A stretch of DNA of 35,357 nucleotides, taken from assembly GCA_000934665.2 (NCBI GenBank), contig JYFJ02000984.1, forward strand, positions 62,001 to 97,357. Direction: 5' to 3'. The stretch is from Catajapyx aquilonaris (Eukaryota). The notes under the pieces are model-generated. The model ran no database searches. It was not told the DNA's origin and saw only the letters and a list, made by a program, of their open reading frames with translations. Shown piece by piece: positions 23,203 through 34,515 of the stretch. Position numbers and translations under genes: made by a program. Position 1 is the first letter of the stretch. Each line of letters begins with the position of its first letter.

Positions 23203-24133
23203 CTTGGGATAGCTGTCGGTCGATTCCCATGCCATATAGTGGCACAAACTTTTACTACTTGATCTGCTATAGGTCTACCATTGTGTAGTGTGCAAGGTTT
23301 CAAGCGGCCAGGGACGATTTTTGGAATTTTCAGGACACTCGTCGTTTTCATTTGACTCGTCCTCGTATGTAATGACTGAGAATAATTTTGATGGTTGTTA
23401 TTGGCTAGCCCTTTGACCTTTTTCTGCTGGAAGGAATTTGTTATCGTCATAAGCATATGCGTCTTCCACAGTATAGTGGACGCTGCGATAATTCGTGTTT
23501 GCTGGTAGGCATCTTGTCAATAATCGATGTTTCATCATCATGCAGCACTGGCCGAATAAGCGAGCGAAACGTCTTGTCACAGTCGACAATCTTTCACACG
23601 CCATATTCGCTTAATTGATGAATTTACCATTATATGCCACTTTGCCATTCTATGTTTACACTCTGTTACAATACCGGCCGTGTCGTGCACCAATGTTGGT
23701 GATTATTTAATCACAAGTGTCAAAGTAACATGCGAAAGAAATTTTTCCCCGTGGTTGGGAACGTAACTGATACAAGATCTGTGCATGTCTATATTGCCCT
23801 CATGTAATATTGTGTCCTCTTTTTGTGCTGGGTCACTCCTGGACGTTACCTTCTTATAGCCAAGTAGGCTTGATTGTTTAACGTCCTTTCTACTCAAATA
23901 TACTGAAACAGACAAGTAACACGTAGCCCTGGCACATGCAATGTGATGGGTGAGGATAGATATATTGAAATGGCCAATAAAATTAGTTTGAAAATGGCTA
24001 CCGTCCTGCCAGTTTTGGAGACGGAAGCAAAGTTAAGGTCGTCGGGCTCTGCCGTGATATCTCCATATGCAGTCTCAAGCAAGTGAGACACATCCCGATC
24101 GTCACCGTGGTTCACACTACTGGTATGTGCACT

Positions 24134-24659
24134 TTAAAGGGGTGTTAAGGGCTGACCAGCCAATGCGGCTCTACAGCCTCTCGTACCCGGTTTATTAACC
24201 AAGATACAATATTACAAACAAGATACAATTTTACAAACAAGATGAATAACAATCAAGGTTTCCTTAGCCTCCAACTTCTTGGAAGTTAACGATGGCTGTG
24301 AACCGTGGACTAGGAGGAAGAGGGAACAAGGGACGATCCTGTCCTATATCAAAAGTGCCCCTGGCAACCTTGGCAAAGGTAGGCTCAGAATTTCCTTGAA
24401 CAGCATACTTCACCCTCTCATGAGTACGTGACGCCCGTTCCTCAGTGCGTAACAATTGCTCTTCAGCGTGTAAAGCCTGCTCCTCGGCACGTAATACCCG
24501 TTCCTCAGCGTGCAAAGCCCGCTCAATGGCCTCAAAGGCGACAGCCCGCTCACGCTCCGCCGACCTCTCCGCTTCCCGTTGCCTGCTGGTCACCACAGTC
24601 GCATCCTCTTTCCACATGCAATCACGATTTGTAATGGTTTTAGTTTGTGGCACCAGAAG
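24134..24659 (-). mobile_element. Insertion carrying a coiled-coil, non-LTR ORF1(gag)-like fragment
   Basis: Absent from module C copy 1. Flanked by ATGTGCACT / ATGTGTACT. Encodes heptads (ERALHAE ERVLRAE EQALHAE EQLLRTE) followed by PTFAKVAR, like the [S/T][Y/F]AxV motif of LINE ORF1. Confidence 0.55.
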
Positions 24660-26119
24660 ATGTGTACTGTCGCCGAATATATTGCTGGGCATTTTAAATG
24701 AACTGAGCGTATCGCATCTGACAAGTAGACAGATTCTGAATGGCAAAATATATCATTTGTTTATGGTCCAGTCCATCTTCGCATGGTTGAGGCAGTGGGA
24801 CACTCGTATCTCACCTGAACCTGCTTGGTTCAGCTGGCAGAGGGAATTCTCATCCACGTTTACCTTTGTTGTGGTCTGTTTTGGTGTATTCCCTGCCGGT
24901 GACTGACAATTGCCTGTAGAGTTACATTTTGATGAATAGATCACCAGTCATATGGGAAATGGGCCTTTTCCTGATAATGTGCCAAAATTTTGTTGATGAT
25001 TCCCGTGACAAACTAGGTACAGGGAGGCGCTGTTTCTCTGCCTCCAATCGGTTTGAATGACTGGATTTTGATAGATACGTCGCGTCGCTCTGAAAGATGG
25101 CCACGGTAGTTATTACTTCACCTCCAAATATGCACCAGCTGGAAAGCGATAATATTAAAAAAAAGCATTATAACACATCCCCGAGACAGAACGGCTAGTA
25201 TAAGTGTTACCAGTGCCTCTTGGAGTCTATCAAACTCATCACGTCTATTTGTCTGTAATAATCGCTATTAATTTCTGCATTAATTTTTGATCGACCTGGA
25301 CGGATTCCCAGTAGGCATAATTCCAAGATCTTCCAGCTGAGTTTCCCAATACCAGTTCCCATCTTTAACAATGTATGACGTCTGCATAGGAGAAGACCTG
25401 TGTACTATGTTGTAGTGAAGTAAATGCTTTTAAACCTTTTTATTGTTCGAATCACTTCCAGACGAGAAAGTTAGTGATTTCTGGTCCTACAGAAATGTCT
25501 GTCGGATTATGATATGAGGTATTTGCTCTGGGACACATTGAGGGTTCCTATTTGGTCGTGGGGTTATTTCGCGGAGCCTTTTGGAGTTATACGTATGTTG
25601 TATACAGAAGCATCTCATGATTTGCATCATCAGAATATCTATTTTTAAGGGTACTACCCACTTTTAAAAACAAAAAAGCTATTACTGGTGCCAACAAAGC
25701 ATATGTAATAAATCGCACATGTTTTACTCATGTGTTTTGGCCACGTTCCCTTACTATTACTTACAAAATGAAAATTTAGAGACAGCTGTACTTATCAGTG
25801 GTCTTCTGAATGTGATTCAGGGCTCCCGGGAATTGTTCCATGATATACATACGTGATTATCTCCTCCATTGTGACTGGCTTCTCCCCATTTACAGCCCTG
25901 GCGCTCATGTACTTGTCACAAGAGCTGTCTGTGTCTTCAATGTGGTGCTTCAATTGCCGGGTAGTGAATGAAGCGCCTTGTATGATGTTCCGTCACCCTT
26001 ATTTCGAAGCCATCATCATTACTATCCTGTTGAAGAATGCAGCTCCTGTCCATATGGTTTTATTAGTAGAGTGTTTATCTTTTTCTCTAATGTTCTTGTG
26101 GAGACACTTGGAGGAGTTG

Positions 26120-26200
26120 AGGATGGCCATACTGCCCTGCTGAGCAGAAACGCTTGACACCTGAATATTTGATCCTGCTTTCCGGACACACAGCCCGATT
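26120..26200. repeat. Scaffold module K; second copy ~30458-30540
   Basis: GGATGGCC.TACTGCCCTGCTGAGCA.AAAC..TTGA.ACCTGAA..TATTT.ATCCTGC...GGACACAC shared. Confidence 0.85.
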
Positions 26201-27269
26201 ATAAATGTTTTGTCACTTTTCGAGGTGTCACATACCCTCAATTCAATTCTGGATGAGGTGTCCTAGCCAAAGTTATTGCGAGCAATAGTCCCAAGTGGTC
26301 TTCATTTATCTCTCTTCTGTTTGAGGAAGGGGATATCAGGCCCCGCTGATGTACTTTAGTTTACGAAGAAGTCGTTATTTGAATATATTGATAGACACAT
26401 TACTCTCTTGAAGAGCGTCGTGGTTTTTCTTACGTTGCACTTGCAGGGTAGTTGGTGAAACACCTTGTAGACTTGCATGATATTCCAGAATCTTGAACTC
26501 GAAGACATCCTCAATGCTATCATCAGGCTTCGGTGCACGATCTTTCTGCATTCTTTTCTATTCCTCCGGTTTTCGGATCTTTCGTGGTACCGTATATCGT
26601 GGGGTGAGAACAACAGGGTTCCATCTGACAATTTCACCAAAAATGAGTTATTGTTGGTACAACATATAGTTCCATATGCAATGATCTATATTCTCCAGTG
26701 ATTTTATCCCTATATCTCTTAAACTGACGGTGGCAAATCAGGGCGCAACTTATTGTTAGTTCCATCTGCACCATACAGTGAGAACAACAAGGTCCTAAAT
26801 GCAGAAGCATGTGATTAATTGGTGCAGGTTTCACTGTGATCAGAAGGTAACATATGAACAAAGAGAGGCCATCTTCAGAACATTTTGTGGGTTAGATCAA
26901 AATGGCCCCCACAAAAAGGCACACAGCTCACACACATGATAACCTGATAAATGAAGGTCGTGTTGTCCATACAGACCCATTTCATCAGCATTATGATAGT
27001 TGGCAGCAATTGAAATGGATTTTCCGGGTATTGTGCACGAATGTTGTTGGATATTGTCACGCAAGTCTCGAAGTACAATACAATACAATACATCACGGCC
27101 TTGGGCAAAATTAGTCGCCATTCTAGGGTTCGCTGTACAAATCGGACAAATGTGTCTGTCTAGAATGCACTCAATGTAGTTGTGAAATTTTCAGCTAGCG
27201 TACATCACAAGGCTCTGGCCTGTCGTGAAACACAGACATAGACACACATACCTCTCTTTCGTACAGGCC

Positions 27270-27370
27270 TGGAAGGGCTACCGCCCGGGGAAGCCTTGCC
27301 TACATTGTCTCACCTCATTCGCCTGCCTCCGCATCCGGGTCAGCTCTGGCGACCAGCCAGTACCACTTGG
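27270..27370 (-). pseudogene. Possible non-LTR ORF2 linker fragment
   Basis: GWSPELTRMRRQANEVRQ resembles the WWxxELxxLR...R motif between endonuclease and RT in R1/LOA-type LINEs. Short match. Confidence 0.3.
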
Positions 27371-27991
27371 GTCCTTGCCTCTGGGCCATTTTATGTTTCC
27401 ACTCTGTGTTACCATACCGCCCTTGTCTTGCACCAATGTTGGTGAATATTTTACCAATATAATATTCACCAACATTGGTGCATACAGTACCACAGGTCTT
27501 GTGTAAAATCATTGGTAAAATAATGGAGATCGTCGTGAGAGTCAGTGTCTTGACATTTAGACCTTATTTACCGAATCAGGGCCTTTGTTACGTTTTCTTT
27601 CTCTTCCTTGTCGGTGAATTTTCTGCCATTATACTTAGCTTCAAATGCCTAATAAGTGGCCCAAATAAGGTAGTGAAGTATTGGCTTCAGGTTAATGTTG
27701 GTATACAAAAATATCCTCCTGCATCAGTATTGGAAGCGATGAATTATGGATCCCGCTTCGGCTTTGATCCATGAATCTTCTCCTGAAACCCGGCGGCCTT
27801 TTCCTGCTCCAAATATGTCCTTGTCCTTTCTGCCTCTGCGTCTTATGTGCCTCTGTCGTGTTCCGTCATAGCTTTGCAGTAATGGTTGCGATCTCACTAC
27901 ACTGCCTCGAATATGAAGGAATCAAGGGAACTGCAAGTCCTCCCATCACGTGGAAAGTTCTGTAAGCGCGAGTGAATGCTATACTGTATAA

Positions 27992-28183
27992 AGGCCGGTA
28001 TCCACGTACTAGATTCTCGCATACGAGGAGCCGCGAGGAGCCAACTGCGCATGCCCAGATACGAGGAAAGGGGGAAAAAGTTGAAAATTTTCGACTTTTT
28101 CCCCCTTTCCTCGTGTCTGGGCATGCGCAGTTGGCTCCTCGCGGCTCCTCGTATGCGAGAATCTCGTACGTGGATACCGGCCT
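27992..28183. mobile_element. Palindromic PIF/Harbinger-type MITE (192 bp)
   Basis: AGGCCGGTATCCACGTAC...GTACGTGGATACCGGCCT. Two 96-bp arms meet at GAAAA|TTTTC with no loop and 3 mismatches. TAA TSD at 27989-27991 and 28184-28186. Confidence 0.9.
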
Positions 28184-28350
28184 TAAGGCTTCACAGCTTT
28201 CTTGATAGTTCGGGGCTTGAAGATGGGAGATAAAATAGTTCCGTCTAAGGTGGACTCAGTTGCAATGCAGCTCATTTATGAGACACCGTCACTTATTATT
28301 AGATGTCATTGCGACAATAAAGATGTTGCAAAGCGTGTATTGAATAGGTA

Positions 28351-30389
28351 CTATTGACCGCAAAAGTAATGTCGCGACTGTTTATGTGCTTTTGTGTTTA
28401 TGTGTTGGTAATCCTGGGCGCTGCCAGGTTACGGACATGTTGATTTGGCGATGTTCCGGAATCGACAACACTCTGCTCACCGGTCACGGCCGCGGTCCCT
28501 TGGCCGCACAGTCCCGCAAGTGCATGGCCGCACGGTCTGGGTCGCTGTTTGAGAGCGCCGCTACTTATTCGTGCAACTTATTTCTACGAGTATAGTTTGG
28601 GTAATTCCATGTGAGATCATACAACTATGTTCACCCGACATTTTTGTTTTAGAAAATCAAAATTTGGCACTTAGGATCGTATTTTGTCAAGGTCACAGGA
28701 ACATATTTTTCAAACCAGATAACCACTGTAGGTCACGAGAAATGAGCGAGGTAAAAAATGGGAACTTTTCCATTCTGATGTTTACAATAACCCGATAATA
28801 ATTTATCTAATAATTATTATGCGTCCTACATACATGCAAAATGGGGCTTAATATTCTACAATGTAACGCTGAACCCGCAGATAACCTCCAACAAATTATA
28901 CGATTAAAATTACGTTTCATTTTGGCAGGTCATATCCCTTCAGTGGTGCAAGTTTCATATTTGCCCTCGTATTAGGGTCCGAGATGTAAAATACCGTATA
29001 AATAAGGCGGCCGGGTGCGCCTGGGTCATTCGATGACAAGGCGTCCAAGTTGGTGGCTCGGCCATCTCAGAATGTATTGTTGTAACCCCCATATATTATA
29101 GTACGTAAGTTATATGAACGGGCGTGAGATGGACATTTTGGAGGCAACGCAACGGTTTTAACCTAGAGCGTAAAATGGCGATACTAAAAAATTCCCATTG
29201 TTGTGCAAAAAGGACACATTTCAGGTGGTCCAATGAAATTGTTAGCCGCATGCTAAGAGTATGAAATTAATGTGGTGAGTACATGGTCATCTACTCATTA
29301 CCCCTGGAGAAGGAAAACATCACCAGCCTCTATTCTATCTTGGAAATAATAAATCCTGACATGTCCGTTTTCCATTATTTGGTCTTTTTTTTCCCTCTTA
29401 TGTGACACTGGGAAATTTTAAATTTACACGTGTACTGACCAAGATGACCAAATGATGGGAAAACGTACATGTCAGGACAACAATACATTCTGAGATGGCC
29501 GAGCCACCAACTTGCCCTCCTTGTCATAGAATGACCCAGACGCTCTAGGCCACCTTATTTATTTTATATCTCGGACCCTATTACGAACACAACAATGGAA
29601 ATGCATACCACTGAAAGGTTATGGGTAGCAGATTACTCACAAAAATGTTCGCAAAATTCGATTCGGTGCGGGTCGTCACGTCAAGGGTCACGCAACTTCG
29701 TAATATTGCGGAAAAGGGCGAAAGAGGCGCATCCGACCTCCTTATTTGCTGTATTTTACATCTCGGACCCTAATACGGTGGCAAAATTAAACTTGCACCC
29801 CTGAAGGGATATGACCTGCCAAAATGACACGTAATTTTAATCGTAGAATTTGTTGGACGTTATCTGCGAGTTCGGCGTTACCTTGTAGAATATTAAGCCC
29901 CATTTTGCATGTATGTAGGACGCATAATGATTATTAGATAAATTATCGGGTTATTGTAAACATCAGAATGGAAAAATTCCCATTTTGACCTCGTCATTTC
30001 TCGTGACCTGTAGCGGTTATCTGGTTTGAAAAATATGGCCCTGTGACCTTGACAAAATACGAACCTGAATGCCAAATTTCGATTTTCTATTTTTAAAAAT
30101 GTCGGGTGAACATTGTTGTATGATCTCACGTGGAATTACCCAAACTATACTCGTAGAAATAAGTTGCCCGAATAAATAGCGGCGCTCTCAAACAGCGACC
30201 CAGACCGTGCGGCCATGCACTTGCGGGACTGTGCGGCCAAGGGACCGCGGCCGTGACCGGTGAGCAGAGTGTTGTGGATTCCGGAACATCGCCAAATAAA
30301 CATGTCCGTAACCCGGCAGCGCCCAGGATTACCAACACATAAACACAAAAGCACATAAACAGTCGCGACATTACTTTTGCGGTCAATAG
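28351..30389. mobile_element. Non-autonomous foldback-like DNA transposon, 2039 bp, ~670-bp TIRs, TA TSD (Tc1/mariner-type ends)
   Basis: TA-CTATTGACCGCAAAAGTAATG...CATTACTTTTGCGGTCAATAG-TA. Arms ~28351-29020 and ~29725-30389 are reverse complements (roughly 90% by eye). Mirror ORFs 28386+ and 30145-. No transposase inside. Confidence 0.93.
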
Positions 30390-31464
30390 TACATGCTCCG
30401 TATTAATTACTGCTGAAGAAGTGATCCTGACCATTAAAACCAAGGATTAATACCATTTGGATGGCCTTACTGCCCTGCTGAGCATAAACATTTGAGACCT
30501 GAAATATTTAATCCTGCAGTCAGGACACACGGCCAGATTTGAAATTTCTCATTTTGTTCTTGGCTAGGATTGTCGTTTATCTGCAAAAACAACTTTCTTT
30601 CAATAATTGTCGCCGGCGTGTCACGGACCTTCTGAAAAATTCTTCCAGTGCCTGTTTACTCTCCATATATAATGCTGTGCACCAACGGTGTGGAATATTG
30701 TCAGGCGAGTGTCGATATAAACCGGACGGATTCCGTCACTGTCTCGTGGTAAGCTGGGAGGAGGACTTCATGTGACTACTTCTGCTGTCTTCATCATATG
30801 ATTGAATACAACTGACAAGTGAGCCAAGGTGTGTGTATCATTAGGTTGCCCTCATACAATTGCGATACGTTCAGCTTCCTTCATCGCATGTTGTCTGCGC
30901 TGATATTTCTCGGTAGAAGGATTATCTAGGTTGCTTTGGCAAGTAAATACGAAGGATGTGATGAAGATGTATTGAAATGTGCTGTAGCCAATATTATAAC
31001 TATATTTGCAAATAATTACCATACCAAAGAATTCCGTAATATTCTAAAACTACTGGTATACAGTTGCTGTCACAGATATTTTTATCATTGATTTTTATTC
31101 AATAAGGGTATGCGTGCCATCTGAAGTACTTAAGAAGGGGCATGACAAGTTGTTTCGCATAGTTGGGGCAATGGGCAATGATCTGTTATTATTACAAGTG
31201 CATTGAAAGGCTACCGCAGATGTTGGATTGAACTGCAGATGATTTTACATCTTACTGGCACGACTTCGACGCAGTGAGTGCTAGTCAAGTCATATCTCAG
31301 TTGTATTGATTGGATTGAATTGTTGGCGTTTTTCGCTACCTGTATAATTACACCTCGGGCGACATTGTGGTTGAATATTTTAATCCAAGTCTCGAATCAA
31401 ATTGCGCTAAATGAATTGCTCTCCTTTGATGGGCTGCATGCCTCACTCAGTTTCTTCTTGTGCG

Positions 31465-31715
31465 TGCCCTCACCGGTCTTCATCTCCTCTCTCCTCATAT
31501 TCCCCACCTCCTTCCGGGCATTTTTTTTATAAAAAAAAATCGTAAGGGTTTATTGCTGATGGTGGCTTTTGTTGGTCGAGATGGCGTCGAATTACGTATT
31601 TTCGATTAATTCCACTCCTCTTCTTTCTTCCTGTTCGTCATCGTATCCGTCTGCTCCAGCACATTACTGTGCTGAAGAGCAAGAGCCAGAAGCAGATGCT
31701 GTTTCTTTAACTTAA
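31465..31715 (-). pseudogene. Myb/SANT-like DNA-binding domain fragment, of the kind found in PIF/Harbinger accessory proteins
   Basis: Manual translation KQHLLLALALQHSNVLEQTDTMTNRKKEEEWN* and, after disruption, KKNARKEVGNMRREEMKTGEG. Fits LL.L......iE...td..t...K...W and K..a.K....rre..KTGGG. Confidence 0.7.
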
Positions 31716-34515
31716 GTTTCAGGCCTCACGTTGTGCTGCCCATCTCGATAACCAGGTCGTATTCTAGGAATATAAGCCCGCAAAGCAAGCCAACCAACAT
31801 ATCGCGGAAAAGCTCGTCCAAAATTACAACACCAACTGTGGTGTTTGTGACTACCTGTAACAATGTGTTATTAGTCTGTGTGATGCGACGTTTTTCGTTC
31901 CTTTAGCTTGAAACTATCCCGTCATTTTTGCCACGTATAAGTACTCCCCATGCTGTGCACCGACGCGAGTTTCGATAACAATATTTCGCCATATAAATTC
32001 TTCTCCCGTTGCAAGCAATATTACTGAGTTATTAACCTATACCTGGCGTCTTTCGAAGCGAAGTTCGAAGTTGATGTTAGTTTCTGCTGTCATCTCCAGG
32101 TACATTTGCCTCAAATCCATGCTGCCATGGAAGACTAACTTGGTTTATATAAGTAGATCTCCTTAATACCTGGACGAGATTCGTTGTCCGTTGAACAGAA
32201 AAATTTCATATCACCCGGTCTCCCAGGTCCAGCTGTTGAGTCAGCTTCTCTTTCCAGAAGGTTTTACGGCTGTTGAGGTTATGTATACCCGTTTCCTGAA
32301 TGTGGTCTGCACCCAGCACCTCCATCTCCTCTGGTGCAGGCAACAATTTTTTCAGCTGCCCAATGTGAACCATTCACAATAATTATTGTTAATTAATCTA
32401 CATTCCTCTCACGAGTATAGTGGCATTGTTGAGTACCTCATAGTGCCTCAGATAGATTGTGAACCAGTTCCCTGGGAAATCACACCTCCGCCCTCCATTA
32501 TCATAATCTGTTCGAGCAGCTTAATTTCTCAATATATAAACCTGTCATTTATTAATGTGCTGTCGCTATAATTCCTGTGAGAATCACGTACAAGAAGGTG
32601 TTGGGGTCTCTCTTTCGTTGTCGTCTTATCTGTAATGTAACCTTGCATTTGGATATACACGTCCACGTCCTACTGAAATATGACCTCGGTATTAATTGTG
32701 TCATTTCTCCTACGAAATATGCACGCACTGCTTGTGTCACATCACATAAAACGCAATTTTGGCTTCAGGTTAATGGTGGAATACAATGCCGAAAATAGTT
32801 ACAAATGAGTACCTATAAAGATAGGCAATCATAGCATCTGAATGGAGTAGTTCCTTGCAAGCACTCAGCAACCTCTTGAGGCAGTCTTAATTCCATACAC
32901 ATTTGCAAAAGTGCGGTCTTCCTTTGCTATTCCTTAACGATGCGTTCGTCATCTCAATATGTCAAGTGTTGCAGTCACACTGTGCCTCTGGTGAACTATC
33001 ATTGCAGCACATGCAGGTCCTTAACTAATTGAAGCTTTCTAACAAACGCTCCTTGGCACGCCCGCGCCCTCCTCTCCTCCGCTCTCCAGTGACTCGTCAT
33101 CATTAGCTGGCTGGCTCAGAAGTGAGCCCAGTGTGGTGAAGATACTCAAAATTTATCGGCAGATATACTTTGCATTTTACATTTAAATGGGTCGTTCAGA
33201 AATGATTAGAACTACAATTTTTTTCTGCACGCTAACCATTTAATGGGACTGACTCTTTCATTGCGTCGGACAGAGCGAAGTAGCTAGTCGCAGTCCATGG
33301 CCAGTTGTTGCTGGACGGTAGAGACCTGACTCTCCTCAACAGCTTCTAGAGTCATCACCCCAATTTCTGCCACAGTATTCATGGCAAACATTTCGAATGC
33401 ACTCATCAATTGTTGATCTCCTTTCTTCCTTCTGCTTATTCTTGATGTGGTTGTCAAAGCTACAATAAAGACATTGCAATGATTTATGCAATCAAACAGA
33501 TATAGTTCGAGAGAATACAGTATATTATTAAAATACATTCTGAGCAATGAACTCCCACTTAATCACAATACTCGTAATCAAATTTCAGAAGAATGCCGAA
33601 GGAAGACGTCGTCGATAAACTTGACAATTATTTCTTCGCCTACTCGTTTAGCATTAATAATTAATTGCTCTGGAATATTATTCGACGGATAACTAGTAAA
33701 AGGGCATGATTGCAGGCATAGCCGTATGTAGGAAGATGAATCAGTGATGATAAGACTGGCAGTGTCGCTCTTTCCTGTAACAGTGTGAGTCCACTTGAAA
33801 AGATGCAAGTGAAAGTGTTCAGAATCTTCTTTTTGTTTCATAATTTCGGGCAGTTGATGGCAGCAGAAATGTGATGGCCTCATTCTATTTCTACTAGAGC
33901 TGTTAATGCACAGGCATGTACAGTCATTATACACAGGTGATTATGTATTACGTATATTACATGCTTTCTGGTGGCATGATAATCCTAACAGAGTAACACG
34001 GGACATGTAATTATTGCTTCAACCTGAAGGGATAAAGAAGCTAGTGCTTGTAGTAATATAATATTATTGCTATCGCTGACCTTTAGCAACCATTTGAATA
34101 CGTTGGTGCCTTTTTTTCAATTTCTTGCTCGTATCTCTCCCACCCCTAAAATAAGACTGGGAAATCGTAGATCTTGAGTTCAGTGTTCGGAGACAAATGT
34201 TGCGATTAATTTTCTATTGACACTAATTTAATTCGTTGCAGGCAGAATACTTGTGATTGGCAACTTTTGCCTTTTGTAATGTGGCATGATCTGCGAAATA
34301 AATATTTCTCTCCCATGATGTGTCTTGTGTCTAGTTTTCCTTCATTGTGATGATTTCGGCTTGCTTTCGTCACGTGGTGTCATTATACAGAGTCGTCTGC
34401 TTGCTGACCAGATATTGAATATTCCTAATATGATTGTTGGATTATTTTGTTTTGATGCATTAATCTTAAACTTACAGTAAATTGTCAACGTTCTCTTTCA
34501 CATTGAGAGCTTTCC

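Larger units (their letters stand above)
22420..25663. repeat. Scaffold module C, second copy, interrupted by three inserts
   Basis: Collinear with 13620-15245 except for extra sequence at ~22590-23470, 24134-24659 and 24952-25235. Confidence 0.88.

Noticed and set aside
22955..23212. Plus-strand LADVFSRPL as an LTR-element RNase H end
   Set aside because: Isolated short match, and most of this ORF is the antisense of the mariner HTH.
27897..30443. Paired similar ORFs (27897-/27976+, 28386+/30145-, 28571+/29893-) as duplicated genes
   Set aside because: They are mirror images produced by the palindromic MITE and the foldback TIRs.
33790..33830. HFHLH as a rolling-circle HUH motif
   Set aside because: No supporting catalytic Tyr motif or helicase; too short to call.
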